Assembly (NCBI GenBank): GCA_026387355.1
Contig: JAPLLW010000008.1
Span: 1,016 to 65,015, forward strand
DNA length: 64,000 bases
Direction: 5' to 3'
Origin: Candidatus Omnitrophota bacterium
GTDB taxonomy: Bacteria > Omnitrophota > Gorgyraeia > Gygaellales > Profunditerraquicolaceae
The notes beneath the pieces were generated by a model, which did not search any database, had not been told where the DNA came from, and worked only from the letters and a program-made list of their open reading frames with translations. Shown here piece by piece: positions 47,230-56,130 of this stretch. The position numbers were made by a program, and so were the translations under genes. Within the stretch, counting starts at the first letter, position 1. Each line of letters begins with the position of its first letter.

Positions 47230-48693
47230 ATGAAGATTTTATTTGTTATGCCGAAAGTCGGAGCTTGGGCAACACACGGGATACATAGGTCTCCTAACCA
47301 GCTTTATGCACATTGGGCCTCATACGTTAGGGAGACACGCGGTTACGCAGATGTCGCAGTTATTGACGGTAAAGCTGACCAGCTTTCTATGGATGAGCTG
47401 ATTGAACAGGTAAAAAGCAAAAATCCTGATGTTGTGGTTATGGGAGAGCAGTTGCATGGTTACGGCGGATACGGTGTTTTGCGTCATTTTAAAGACGCAG
47501 CTGTTAGGATTAAGACAGTTTTACCTAAGACAAAGATAGTTTTGGGCGGGCTATGGTATTCTGCAATGCCCGTTCCTACACTCGAAGAGAATCCTGCGGT
47601 TGATTTTGTAGTTATGGGAGAAGAGGAATCATTTGGAGATTTGATTGAGGCGCTCGATAAGAATAAGCCCTTGAAAGACGTGGGTGGAGTTACTTCGCGC
47701 ATTGACGGCCAAATTGTTATGGGGCCACATAAGCCGCTTATGATGGATTTGGATAAGTTACCTCTTCCAGCGTACGATTTATTCCCTATGGATAAATATG
47801 TGGGGCATACTTACTGGAAACCGTTTGTAGATATGGTTACCTCGAGGGGTTGTCCATCTGCTTGCACATTTTGCTATGAATGGGATCAGTTTGATCCACG
47901 CTCACCGTCTGATTTTCTGAAATGGCGCGCGAAGTCTCCGGAGAGAGTTATGGAGGAGTTAAATCTCTTACATAAAAAATACGGGGTAAAGGTTGTGGTT
48001 ATTCAGGATGATAATTTTAATGTTGACCCTAAAAGAGTGCAGAAGTTCTGCGAACTTAAAAAAGCAGCAAATAATCCGATTAAGTGGGTATCTTTAGGTC
48101 GTGCCATTGATTGGGTTAACTGCGAATCAATCCTGCCGCTTATGAAAGAGAATGGTTTGTTTATGGGCGTATTCGGTATTGAGGTCACGACACAGTCGGA
48201 ACTCAAAAAAATCGCTAAAGGTATTACTCTAGACCAGATTAAAAAGACGATTGAGATCCTGCGCAGAAATGATATCGCGATTGTCGCAGATATTATGATG
48301 GGTTTTGATTATGATACCGAAGAGATCATTAAGCAGCGTTTTGAGTTTACTGATCAAGTGGACCCGGATATTTTGTGGGTGGGATACGTTACCCCTGCTC
48401 CGAATTCACCGATGTGGAGAATTGCTTTAAAGAAAAACTGGATTGATCCTAAGAAGGTAGATTTTAGCACATGGGATTTTCTACATCCGGTAATTCCCAC
48501 GGATCATTTAACTACTGAAGATTTAGGTAGGCTTGGTTCATGGTGTATGCGTGAGTTTTTCTCAAAACCCGGAAGAATCAACCGGATTATGGAGAGTGAT
48601 TTTGACCCGCTTGCAAAACTTTGTTTCCAGGATGTTATGAACGGTATTAATAAGTGGGAAGCAGCCGCGACTAAGGGAGAAGTGCAGATATAG
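47230..48693 (+). CDS. cobalamin-dependent radical SAM enzyme
   Basis: N-terminal B12-binding domain (PDVV, IVLGG, DFVV.GE), TSRGCPSACTFC, DDNF, G.E, TP.P.SP. Confidence 0.9.
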   Translation: MKILFVMPKVGAWATHGIHRSPNQLYAHWASYVRETRGYADVAVIDGKADQLSMDELIEQVKSKNPDVVVMGEQLHGYGGYGVLRHFKDAAVRIKTVLPKTKIVLGGLWYSAMPVPTLEENPAVDFVVMGEEESFGDLIEALDKNKPLKDVGGVTSRIDGQIVMGPHKPLMMDLDKLPLPAYDLFPMDKYVGHTYWKPFVDMVTSRGCPSACTFCYEWDQFDPRSPSDFLKWRAKSPERVMEELNLLHKKYGVKVVVIQDDNFNVDPKRVQKFCELKKAANNPIKWVSLGRAIDWVNCESILPLMKENGLFMGVFGIEVTTQSELKKIAKGITLDQIKKTIEILRRNDIAIVADIMMGFDYDTEEIIKQRFEFTDQVDPDILWVGYVTPAPNSPMWRIALKKNWIDPKKVDFSTWDFLHPVIPTDHLTTEDLGRLGSWCMREFFSKPGRINRIMESDFDPLAKLCFQDVMNGINKWEAAATKGEVQI

Positions 48694-48770
48694 ATTTTGC
48701 GGGTCCTGGCACGGGAGGCGCTTCTCGCGCTAAAACGCGCTTCGAAACATCCCCGTGCCACCCGTAAAAT
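48694..48770. repeat. GC-rich intergenic hairpin element, copy 1
   Basis: ATTTTGCGGG/CCCGTAAAAT and TGGCACGGG/CCCGTGCCA stems. Confidence 0.75.
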
Positions 48771-48812
48771 TATTTATTATTAATTGTTATTTATATTGCA
48801 GCAGGAGGGTTT

Positions 48813-49049
48813 ATGGATACAAAATCAAAAGTAAGAGACGTATTAGTAAATTTATTAAAAGTAAAGCCAGATGAATTAAAGGATGATTTGACTCTGCAGG
48901 AGAGTATTGGGGTTGATTCTACTGAGATGGTAGAGTCAGTGATTGCTTTAGAAAAATCGTTCGGGGTAAAGCTTAGCCCGAAGGAGATTACCAAGAATTC
49001 AACAGTTAATGATATTGCTAACAATATCCAATCAAAATTAGCCAAATGA
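48813..49049 (+). CDS. acyl carrier protein (PKS ACP)
   Basis: 78 aa, GVDSTE phosphopantetheine Ser, LEK.FGV; AGGAGG RBS. Confidence 0.92.
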   Translation: MDTKSKVRDVLVNLLKVKPDELKDDLTLQESIGVDSTEMVESVIALEKSFGVKLSPKEITKNSTVNDIANNIQSKLAK

Positions 49050-49843
49050 AGATAGTTGATTTAAGTCTACCGATTGACGAAAAAGCCTTTGAAGTGCATA
49101 AGGTTGATATCGAGCGGGTAACTCATAAAGCCGGTGTTGAGAAATTTAACCGCGTAATTATGGGTAAGACTTTAATCGGTAAAATCAAATACCTTTTGGG
49201 TCAGCGCATAATTAAGCCTCAAGATTTACCGGATGAGGAATTCCTCTCGCTTGAAATCGTGCATTCTCCGGTACATATCGGTACCCACCTGGATTATTCA
49301 TTCCATTACGGTTCAAAATCAGAAGGCCGCGCCTCTAAGACTGCAGATGAGATTCCTTTAGATTGGTGCTATTCTGACGGAGTAAAACTGGATTTATCTC
49401 ATAAGAAACCTAATGAAACGATAAAGGCGCTTGATTTAGCAGAAGCGCTTAAGAAGATAAATTATTTGCTTAAAGCAAATGATATTGTGTTGATCCGTAC
49501 TGGTGCAGATGAATTATACGGCGGACCAAAATATTTTATGGATTACCCCGGGATTGATACATCGTCTATAGATTTTCTTCTGGATAAAGGAATTAAAATA
49601 TTTGGCGTGGATACCATGGGAATTGACCGACCATACCGTTTTATGCTTAAAGAATTTATGGATACAAAAGATATAAAATGTTTTTACCCTGCGCATTTCT
49701 ACGGCAGGAAGCGTGAATTTATTCATATTGAGCGTTTAGCCAATTTAGAGAAATTGCCGGATTATGGATTTAAGGTAATCTGTTTCCCGATTAGAATAAA
49801 GAATACAGGTGCTGCCTGGGCAAGGGTTGTAGCATTATTATAG
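49046..49843 (+). CDS. cyclase-family protein (kynurenine formamidase fold; second/third-ring polyketide cyclase-like)
   Basis: VDLS.P, HIGTHLD, DIVLIRTG, GVD..GID, HIE.L.NL, GA.W.R.VA. Confidence 0.85.
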   Translation: MKIVDLSLPIDEKAFEVHKVDIERVTHKAGVEKFNRVIMGKTLIGKIKYLLGQRIIKPQDLPDEEFLSLEIVHSPVHIGTHLDYSFHYGSKSEGRASKTADEIPLDWCYSDGVKLDLSHKKPNETIKALDLAEALKKINYLLKANDIVLIRTGADELYGGPKYFMDYPGIDTSSIDFLLDKGIKIFGVDTMGIDRPYRFMLKEFMDTKDIKCFYPAHFYGRKREFIHIERLANLEKLPDYGFKVICFPIRIKNTGAAWARVVALL

Positions 49844-49853
49844 AATTTTTACT

Positions 49854-49890
49854 GGTCCTGGCACGGGCGCTTCTCGCGCCAAGCCCCGCA
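49854..49890. repeat. GC-rich intergenic element, copy 2 (truncated)
   Basis: GGTCCTGGCACGGG and CGCTTCTCGCGC identical to 48702-48730 apart from a 3-nt indel. Confidence 0.75.
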
Positions 49891-49913
49891 AAGTTAGATA
49901 AAAGGAGAATGTT

Positions 49914-50357
49914 ATGGCTGGACATACTTGTAATTCGATTGTTATCAATGCGCCTTATGAGAAGATCTTTGATATTTCAAATGATATTACTCGTTGGACA
50001 GAATTATTCGGCACGGAGTATAAGAAGGCAGAAGTAGTAAAAAAAGAGGCAAACAAAATCACTTTCCGTCTTACGGATGAGGATGACAAGAGCTGGCAGT
50101 CCTGGCGCCTGCTTTTTAAAGATAAATATTTTGCCTATGCCGAACGCGAAGAGCCGAAATTTCCTTTTAAGTATATGAAGATCGTCTGGCTTTATACCCC
50201 TAAGCCCGAAGGCATCGAAATGACCTGGATTCAGCACTTTGAAATGGAAAAAGATTTTAAGTTCAATGACCAGCAGATTGAAGGTTTTATTAATGAAGGC
50301 TCTAAAGAAAACCTTAAGATCTTTAAGCGGATTATTGAAAAAGAAGCTGCTAAGTGA
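49914..50357 (+). CDS. TcmN/WhiE-type monodomain aromatase/cyclase (SRPBCC)
   Basis: MAGHT.NSIVINAP....DI.NDI..W.ELF..EY..AE, W.S.R, PF.YM.I.W.Y, M.W.Q.F.M; matches recalled TcmN ARO/CYC motifs. Confidence 0.88.
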   Translation: MAGHTCNSIVINAPYEKIFDISNDITRWTELFGTEYKKAEVVKKEANKITFRLTDEDDKSWQSWRLLFKDKYFAYAEREEPKFPFKYMKIVWLYTPKPEGIEMTWIQHFEMEKDFKFNDQQIEGFINEGSKENLKIFKRIIEKEAAK

Positions 50358-51481
50358 AGAAGTCGACTTTTGTTATTTTATGTCTGGAAGGCGCGGTTTT
50401 ATCTTTTAACGTTGCCGCCGCAGCTGCTTTAATACCTTCAATCGCACAAGATTTTGCTCTTTCTCAATTTCTGGTTGGTAATATTGTATGGCTATATATG
50501 ATCCCTTATGGACTGGCTGCGTTTTTCTACGGTCCTCTGATTAGGGCTTTTGACGCAAGGCGCGTAGAATTAATCTGCATGTTTTTGTTTTCCGTAGCAA
50601 ATCTAGTTGCCGGTTTGTCACATAATATTACAACTTTATTTATTGCGCGATTTTTAATGGGGTTATTCGGGGCATCAGTTATACCGCTGGGGTTAATCTT
50701 AATCGGCCAGCGCATATCTCAGGATAGGCGTGGTCGTTTTATCGGAGTATTTTTTAGCACTACCTTTGTTGCGTCTTTGGCGGGACTATTCTTAAGTGGG
50801 ATAATCTCTTGGCGTTTGATTTTCTTGATCCCGGCGGCCCTAGGGTTTCTTCTTTGGGTAGGCATGTATTTTTATCTCCCAAGCTTTAAGGAAGAAAACA
50901 GGATCTTTCGCATGGATTATATTTTGGCTTTTAAGAATAAGAATGTCGTACGCATATTTACCTATATTCTTTTTATCAGCCTTATTTATCATGGTATACA
51001 GCAGTGGTTGGGGGTCTATTTCTCAACCCAGTTAAATTTAAGTCAGTTTATGATCAGTATGCTTATAACATTAACTAGCTTAAGCGGGATTGTGGGAGAG
51101 GTCTGGGGGGGAAGCCTTGCGGATTCGCTAGGTAGACAAAGAGTAGTTAATATAGGTATTATTGCCATGATTGTTTGTATCGGTATCTTAATATTAAAAT
51201 TACCTTTAGCCATTATAGCTTTAGCGATGATTATTTGGGGGTTGGGTTGGACCTTTAACCACGTGGGGTTAGCGACTATGCTTACTGATCTACCGAAAGA
51301 ATTATTAAATGAGGCAGCGAGCTTAAATAGCGGAGTGCGTTTTCTTGCGGGTGGCATAGGAGTTAGTCTGGGTGGTTTGATTATGCATAAGAGTTTTAGT
51401 CTCGGGTTTATTATTTTCGGAAGCGCGTTAACCATGCTTTTATTATCAGGTAAATTAATTAATATAAAAAATAGGGGGTAA
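50354..51481 (+). CDS. MFS transporter
   Basis: about 12 TM helices, ARFLMGLFG, G.LAD.LGR. Confidence 0.88.
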   Translation: MKKSTFVILCLEGAVLSFNVAAAAALIPSIAQDFALSQFLVGNIVWLYMIPYGLAAFFYGPLIRAFDARRVELICMFLFSVANLVAGLSHNITTLFIARFLMGLFGASVIPLGLILIGQRISQDRRGRFIGVFFSTTFVASLAGLFLSGIISWRLIFLIPAALGFLLWVGMYFYLPSFKEENRIFRMDYILAFKNKNVVRIFTYILFISLIYHGIQQWLGVYFSTQLNLSQFMISMLITLTSLSGIVGEVWGGSLADSLGRQRVVNIGIIAMIVCIGILILKLPLAIIALAMIIWGLGWTFNHVGLATMLTDLPKELLNEAASLNSGVRFLAGGIGVSLGGLIMHKSFSLGFIIFGSALTMLLLSGKLINIKNRG

Positions 51482-51483
51482 CT

Positions 51484-52260
51484 ATGAACCAGGACTTAAA
51501 AGGTAAAGTTGCGATTCTAACAGGAGCTAGTCGAGGTATTGGTAAGGCACTTGCTTGCACAGCTGCAGGCTTAGGGATCAACTTAACTCTTGCTGCGCGC
51601 GGAGAGGGTCCCTTGAAGGAGACAGCTGATGAGATTGCCAAGAAATATAAAGTTCAGGTTTTACCTGTTTCTTGCGATGTTACAAAGTTAGAAGATTTGG
51701 AGAATCTGGTGAATAAGACAAAAGAAAAATACGGTAAAATTGATATTCTGATTAATTGCGCAGGTGTATCCAGTCAGTTTCCTTTTCAGTTGCAGCCGAT
51801 AGAGGATTTTGAGAGATTGGCGTATACCAATTATCTAGGTTATGTGCGGCTTATCCGTTTAGTGATCAATGATATGATCGAGCAGAAATACGGGGCAATT
51901 ATAAATATAGTCTCAGGTTCCACCCTGGTCGACCCTGTTCCGAGAAACTTTATTGTTTATAGCTCTTTAAAGGTAGGGTTACGTGCTTTTTCTAAGGGGC
52001 TCTTCTGGGAATTACGCGATCATGGGATTAAAGTAACTTCAATATTGCCGGGGGTAACAGATACTGATCTTACCGGGAAGTTGAAAGATATCACTAATGA
52101 TACATCGCGTTTAATGAGTACTCAGGCAATCGAAGATGCGGTTAAGTTTGCTTTGACCGTGCCGCAGAATGTCTGCCCGCTTGAGATTTCTGTAATCAAT
52201 CAGCAAACGCCATGGACTGCGCCGGTTATACCATTTAAACAAGCGCACCCGGGTAAATAA
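51484..52260 (+). CDS. SDR oxidoreductase (possible ketoreductase)
   Basis: TGASRGIG, DILINCAG, YSSLK, PG.TDT. Confidence 0.88.
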   Translation: MNQDLKGKVAILTGASRGIGKALACTAAGLGINLTLAARGEGPLKETADEIAKKYKVQVLPVSCDVTKLEDLENLVNKTKEKYGKIDILINCAGVSSQFPFQLQPIEDFERLAYTNYLGYVRLIRLVINDMIEQKYGAIINIVSGSTLVDPVPRNFIVYSSLKVGLRAFSKGLFWELRDHGIKVTSILPGVTDTDLTGKLKDITNDTSRLMSTQAIEDAVKFALTVPQNVCPLEISVINQQTPWTAPVIPFKQAHPGK

Positions 52261-52280
52261 AACAACGGGAAAGTTAAGAA

Positions 52281-52676
52281 ATGATGCAAGAAAATGATTT
52301 AAAGAACTTGAAAAAACGCTATCTTATCTGGTTTTACAAAGTCAGTAAAGAGGCTTTGGATAAAATTGAGCGTAAATTCTCGCAGGTTGATATCGACCGC
52401 TTTATCTTAAAAAAGCTGAAGAGATCAGATAAGCATGAAGCCATAGAATTTTTTATCGCGCAGTTTTCTGATTATATCGAGAAAAAAGAACAGGATGGCT
52501 TGAATCTCAAGTTCGAAAATAAAAAGTTAAAACCGGAGTATTTATTCTTGGTTTTGAAATTACAGGCGATTGAGAAGGCGATAGTAAAAGAGTTGGGAAA
52601 GAAAGCTCTTGTTGAGATTAAGCGGCTTTATGAGACAGAGATGACTGAGCGCATTTTAAGGAGCACAGAACACTAA
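52281..52676 (+). CDS. hypothetical charged helical protein
   Basis: 131-aa ORF packed in the operon, directly abutting the next gene. Confidence 0.65.
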   Translation: MMQENDLKNLKKRYLIWFYKVSKEALDKIERKFSQVDIDRFILKKLKRSDKHEAIEFFIAQFSDYIEKKEQDGLNLKFENKKLKPEYLFLVLKLQAIEKAIVKELGKKALVEIKRLYETEMTERILRSTEH

Positions 52677-53582
52677 ATGTTAGTTGATAGCCACTCACAT
52701 TGGTTACCAGAGGCAATAATCAGCAATGCCCATTTTTATCATAAAGGTTGGGGGGATATTGAGGCTCAACTAAAGATGATGGATGAAGCGGGTATTGATA
52801 AGGCAGTCTTATCTTATCCGACTTCGGATGCGCATCTAAAATTAGGAAGTATCTCAGAAGTCGTACGTATTTTTAACGACCATGTGGCAAGGGTTTTAAA
52901 GAAATATCCGGAGAGATTTATCGGCGCAGCAATTCTACCGATTGATCATGAGCAGGATATGATTAAAGAATTTAAACGCGCAACCGAAGAGCTAGGTTTT
53001 AAGGCAATTTCATTAGCTACAAGTTATAACGGGGTTTACCTAGACGACGCTAGATTCCTTAATATTTATAAATTAGCCCAAGATGAGAATATTCCTATCT
53101 TTGTGCATTCGCAAATTGTAAAACCTATTGGTATTGAACGAGTGGAAGATCCGTTACTTACCCCAGTGATCGAGTATGTTTTTGATACGACTATATGCAT
53201 CGGTAAGCTTTTAATGTCGGATATTCTGCGCGATTATCAGGCGAAGTTTATCTTTGGTTATTTTGGAGGTGTGACTCCGTTTTTAGCAAATCGCTTTGAC
53301 ACAACCTATGCAATGTTGCGGGGGGTGAATTTTGTTAAGGATTTAAAAGGTAATCCTACAGATTTCTTAAAGAATATTTATGTTGATACTAGCGGAGATA
53401 AAACTAAGGCCAATTTTGCTGCGGCTTTAGAGCTGGTTGGGCCAAAACATATTCTATGGGGGAGCGACTATCCGGCAAAGAAAGATACCTCCTCAGGCAT
53501 TCAGGCAATTAAAGAATTAGGTATATCAGTAGATGATAAGAATAATATTTTGGGAGGCAATTTAGAAAGGATGCTAAAATGA
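52677..53582 (+). CDS. amidohydrolase_2 family protein (ACMSD/aromatic acid decarboxylase-like)
   Basis: DSHSH, MD.AGID.AVLS, PIFVH, GG, YVDT, WGSDYP. Confidence 0.85.
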   Translation: MLVDSHSHWLPEAIISNAHFYHKGWGDIEAQLKMMDEAGIDKAVLSYPTSDAHLKLGSISEVVRIFNDHVARVLKKYPERFIGAAILPIDHEQDMIKEFKRATEELGFKAISLATSYNGVYLDDARFLNIYKLAQDENIPIFVHSQIVKPIGIERVEDPLLTPVIEYVFDTTICIGKLLMSDILRDYQAKFIFGYFGGVTPFLANRFDTTYAMLRGVNFVKDLKGNPTDFLKNIYVDTSGDKTKANFAAALELVGPKHILWGSDYPAKKDTSSGIQAIKELGISVDDKNNILGGNLERMLK

Positions 53583-54046
53583 AGCTGGAAATTACGGTTT
53601 TAACTTTATTTTTAGCGGTATTTTATATGAATCTATTAACTGCTGAGCCAATGCCCGAGGCAATTGCAGTAAATGATCAGACAAAGGAGTGCGCAGTATT
53701 TTTTCTAGGTGATGAATGCACGGATTGTAGTGTACCAGAGGGGTGGAGGCAGACAGGCTATTCTAATCAGTCTGATTGCCCGGATGGATATAAGAAGATT
53801 GATACTGTTGAATCAGTATGCACCCCGAGAAAAACAGCTTTTTGTTGTTCAGAAAATCATTCCGGGACTAATGGTAATTGCCGGGATTTAGTTATTAATG
53901 AAACAAGTAAAGAATGCGCTTTTTTAGAAGATGTAAATAGTTGTTTAAGTTTGTCGCAAGGATGGAAAACAGGAGACTTGTGTCCGGGTAATTTTCAGTG
54001 GCAACAGGATCCCCTTGATTGTGGAACAAGAAGTAAACAAAATTAA
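53579..54046 (+). CDS. secreted Cys-rich protein with an internal duplication
   Basis: signal peptide, 12 Cys, two N..TKECA.....C....GW.....CP repeats. Confidence 0.7.
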   Translation: MKLEITVLTLFLAVFYMNLLTAEPMPEAIAVNDQTKECAVFFLGDECTDCSVPEGWRQTGYSNQSDCPDGYKKIDTVESVCTPRKTAFCCSENHSGTNGNCRDLVINETSKECAFLEDVNSCLSLSQGWKTGDLCPGNFQWQQDPLDCGTRSKQN

Positions 54047-54054
54047 TGTATTTA

Positions 54055-54102
54055 TAGCGGGTGGCTGCTGATATGGGATGGATCAGCAGACAGGACCCGC
54101 TA
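54055..54102. repeat. GC-rich intergenic hairpin, copy 3 (inverted relative to copy 1)
   Basis: TAGCGGGT/ACCCGCTA and CTGCTGAT/ATCAGCAG perfect stems; CGGGTGGC...CAGGACCCGC shared with the reverse complement of copy 1. Confidence 0.65.
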
Positions 54103-54134
54103 AGAAAAGAATAAAAATAAAAAGGAGAAATAAG

Positions 54135-54884
54135 ATGCAGATGGTTAAAGATGTACATTTAACGGGTAAAGATTTAACTGATATGGTGCAACTCAGGCCG
54201 CAGGATGTGGGCAAATATGCGATTGTCCCGGGCCCTCGCGATAGGCTGGACGTCTTATTGAAGAAATTCGATAATCCGGTGAAGAATTTTACTTTTATGG
54301 AATATTCCATGTATACAGGTATGGTCGAAGGAGTAAGAATAAGCGCGATTAACGGCGGAAGGTTTTCGACGGATACCTCAATTACGACAGAAGTTATCTG
54401 TAATGCGCAAATCCAGAATATTATCCGCGTAGGTACTTGCGGTTCACTCGATGAAAATATCAAAATTGGAGATATATTCGTGGTTGATGAGATAATCCGC
54501 GGAGACGGGGTTACTCCATATTATGTGGATAAGGATTTCAAGACCGTAGCGGATAAAAAGATCTCCGATACCTTATATGAAATAGGTAAAGGTATGGGTT
54601 TAAATATCCATCGCGGTAAAGCCTGGACTACTGATGCTCTTTTGCGAGAGACTCGAGAAATAGTTGAAGCCAAACGCAAGGAAGGAGCCAAGGTAGTAGA
54701 TATGGTTTCATCAACCCTGCTTACCATTGCCCAGACTTATAAAATTAAAGCCGGATCAATCCTTGCGGTAAGCGATAATGTAGTAACAGGCGAGATGGGC
54801 TTTATGAACCCTTTGTATTATATGGCAGAAGCAAATATTTTAAAGATTGCTTTGGAAGCTGTCAATAAGCTAGAATTAAAATAA
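54135..54884 (+). CDS. nucleoside phosphorylase (PNP/UDP_1 family)
   Basis: VPGP.DR, IRVGTCGS, R.DGVT..Y, WTTDA..RET, VDM, VSD; AGGAG RBS before ATG 54135. Confidence 0.88.
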   Translation: MQMVKDVHLTGKDLTDMVQLRPQDVGKYAIVPGPRDRLDVLLKKFDNPVKNFTFMEYSMYTGMVEGVRISAINGGRFSTDTSITTEVICNAQIQNIIRVGTCGSLDENIKIGDIFVVDEIIRGDGVTPYYVDKDFKTVADKKISDTLYEIGKGMGLNIHRGKAWTTDALLRETREIVEAKRKEGAKVVDMVSSTLLTIAQTYKIKAGSILAVSDNVVTGEMGFMNPLYYMAEANILKIALEAVNKLELK

Positions 54885-55207
54885 TGCATACACTTTCGAG
54901 AGTTATAGGAATCTGGTTTATTTTACTGGGGTTAGGATTGACTATGGGGTATGGTCTTAACAATCCAGAGGAAAGCAGGAAAGGGATTCTCTTTTTTATA
55001 TTTATGACTTTCATTATTTTGGGGATTGGGGTTACTGGTTTAAGGAACTGGGCAAGAATCGCCTTAACTTTTGCTACAGCTTTTGCAGTAGTTGTTTCTC
55101 TTATGTATAATCTTCGCGAAGGTTTAGTAATGCTGATACTTTTTTCACCGGTTATCGTTTTGCAGCTAAAGAGTGCTAAGAAGCAGTTTACTCTTTGGAA
55201 ACCATGA
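54884..55207 (+). CDS. small four-TM membrane protein
   Basis: hydrophobic throughout; overlaps both neighbouring genes. Confidence 0.6.
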   Translation: MHTLSRVIGIWFILLGLGLTMGYGLNNPEESRKGILFFIFMTFIILGIGVTGLRNWARIALTFATAFAVVVSLMYNLREGLVMLILFSPVIVLQLKSAKKQFTLWKP

Positions 55208-56130
55208 AATTTTCACCACTATTCTGGCCAATTCAATTAAAGGGCAACACAATCTACATACTTGATGAGACTTTGTTGCCCCAGAAGCTTAGCTACATAA
55301 AAGCTAAGGATTATAAGCAGGCATGCCGCGCAATAAGAGAGATGAAGACGCGCGCTGTGGGTCAAGTTTTATTGGTAATGTATATTTTTCTGCAGTTAAT
55401 TAAGCAGGGCAGACAGAATGAGATAGCAAAAGTAGCCAATGCGATCAACGCTACGCGGCCGACACTTTCGTTTAAATCTTTAACCGACATGGTCTTAGGT
55501 TGGTCAAAAAGCAAAGCGCCTTTAGAAAAATGTATACTTGGTTTCTTGGAAGGCTTAAAATATAGCCGCATAAAGCAGGCAGAAGAGGCCAGCAAGTTAA
55601 TTAAAGACAAAGATGTAATTCTTACTCATTGTAATGTCAGTGGGCTCCTACCTTTAATCGGAGAAATTTGCCTTAAACAAAATAAGAAAATAAGCTTCTT
55701 TGCTACAGAGACTCGTCCTTACCTGCAGGGTTCACGTCTTACCGCGTGGGAATTAAAGAGGGCAGGTTTTGATGTAACCATTATTACTGATGGAATGACC
55801 GCTTCAGTAATCTCGCAGGGTAAAGTAAATAAGGTAATAGTAGGAGCAGATCATTTAGCGCTTAATGGCGATATTGCTAATAAAGTAGGAACTTATGCCA
55901 TTGCGGTCATCGCAAAATACTTCGGCATTCCTTTTTATGTACTCTGCCCTCCCGCATCGGGGTTAAAGTCCGGAAAAGATATTAAGATTGAAATAAGGCC
56001 GGATATTGAGATGTTGGAATATCAGGGATTACGCCTTGCGCCCAAAGGTGTAAAGGGATATTATCCTGCGTTTGATGTTACCCCAGCGGAATTAATTACT
56101 AAACATATACATTTGGAGATAAAAAGATGA
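55204..56130 (+). CDS. mtnA: MtnA/eIF-2B family sugar-1-phosphate isomerase (divergent)
   Basis: LDETLLP, TRPT, LTHCN, ETRPYLQGSRLTAWEL, GAD..ANGD.ANK.GTY, PAFDVTP. Confidence 0.82.
   Translation: MKFSPLFWPIQLKGNTIYILDETLLPQKLSYIKAKDYKQACRAIREMKTRAVGQVLLVMYIFLQLIKQGRQNEIAKVANAINATRPTLSFKSLTDMVLGWSKSKAPLEKCILGFLEGLKYSRIKQAEEASKLIKDKDVILTHCNVSGLLPLIGEICLKQNKKISFFATETRPYLQGSRLTAWELKRAGFDVTIITDGMTASVISQGKVNKVIVGADHLALNGDIANKVGTYAIAVIAKYFGIPFYVLCPPASGLKSGKDIKIEIRPDIEMLEYQGLRLAPKGVKGYYPAFDVTPAELITKHIHLEIKR

Noticed and set aside
32115-47230. photosynthesis or chlorophyll genes (Mg-chelatase-like ATPase, PCP_red-like protein, BchE-like radical SAM)
   Set aside because: the ATPase is the ubiquitous ComM/YifB type and no bch/chl pathway genes are present
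48694-54102. CRISPR array, cobalamin/SAM riboswitch or intrinsic terminators
   Set aside because: only three dispersed non-identical copies, no spacers or cas genes, no riboswitch core I recognise, and no U-tract after the stems on the sense strand
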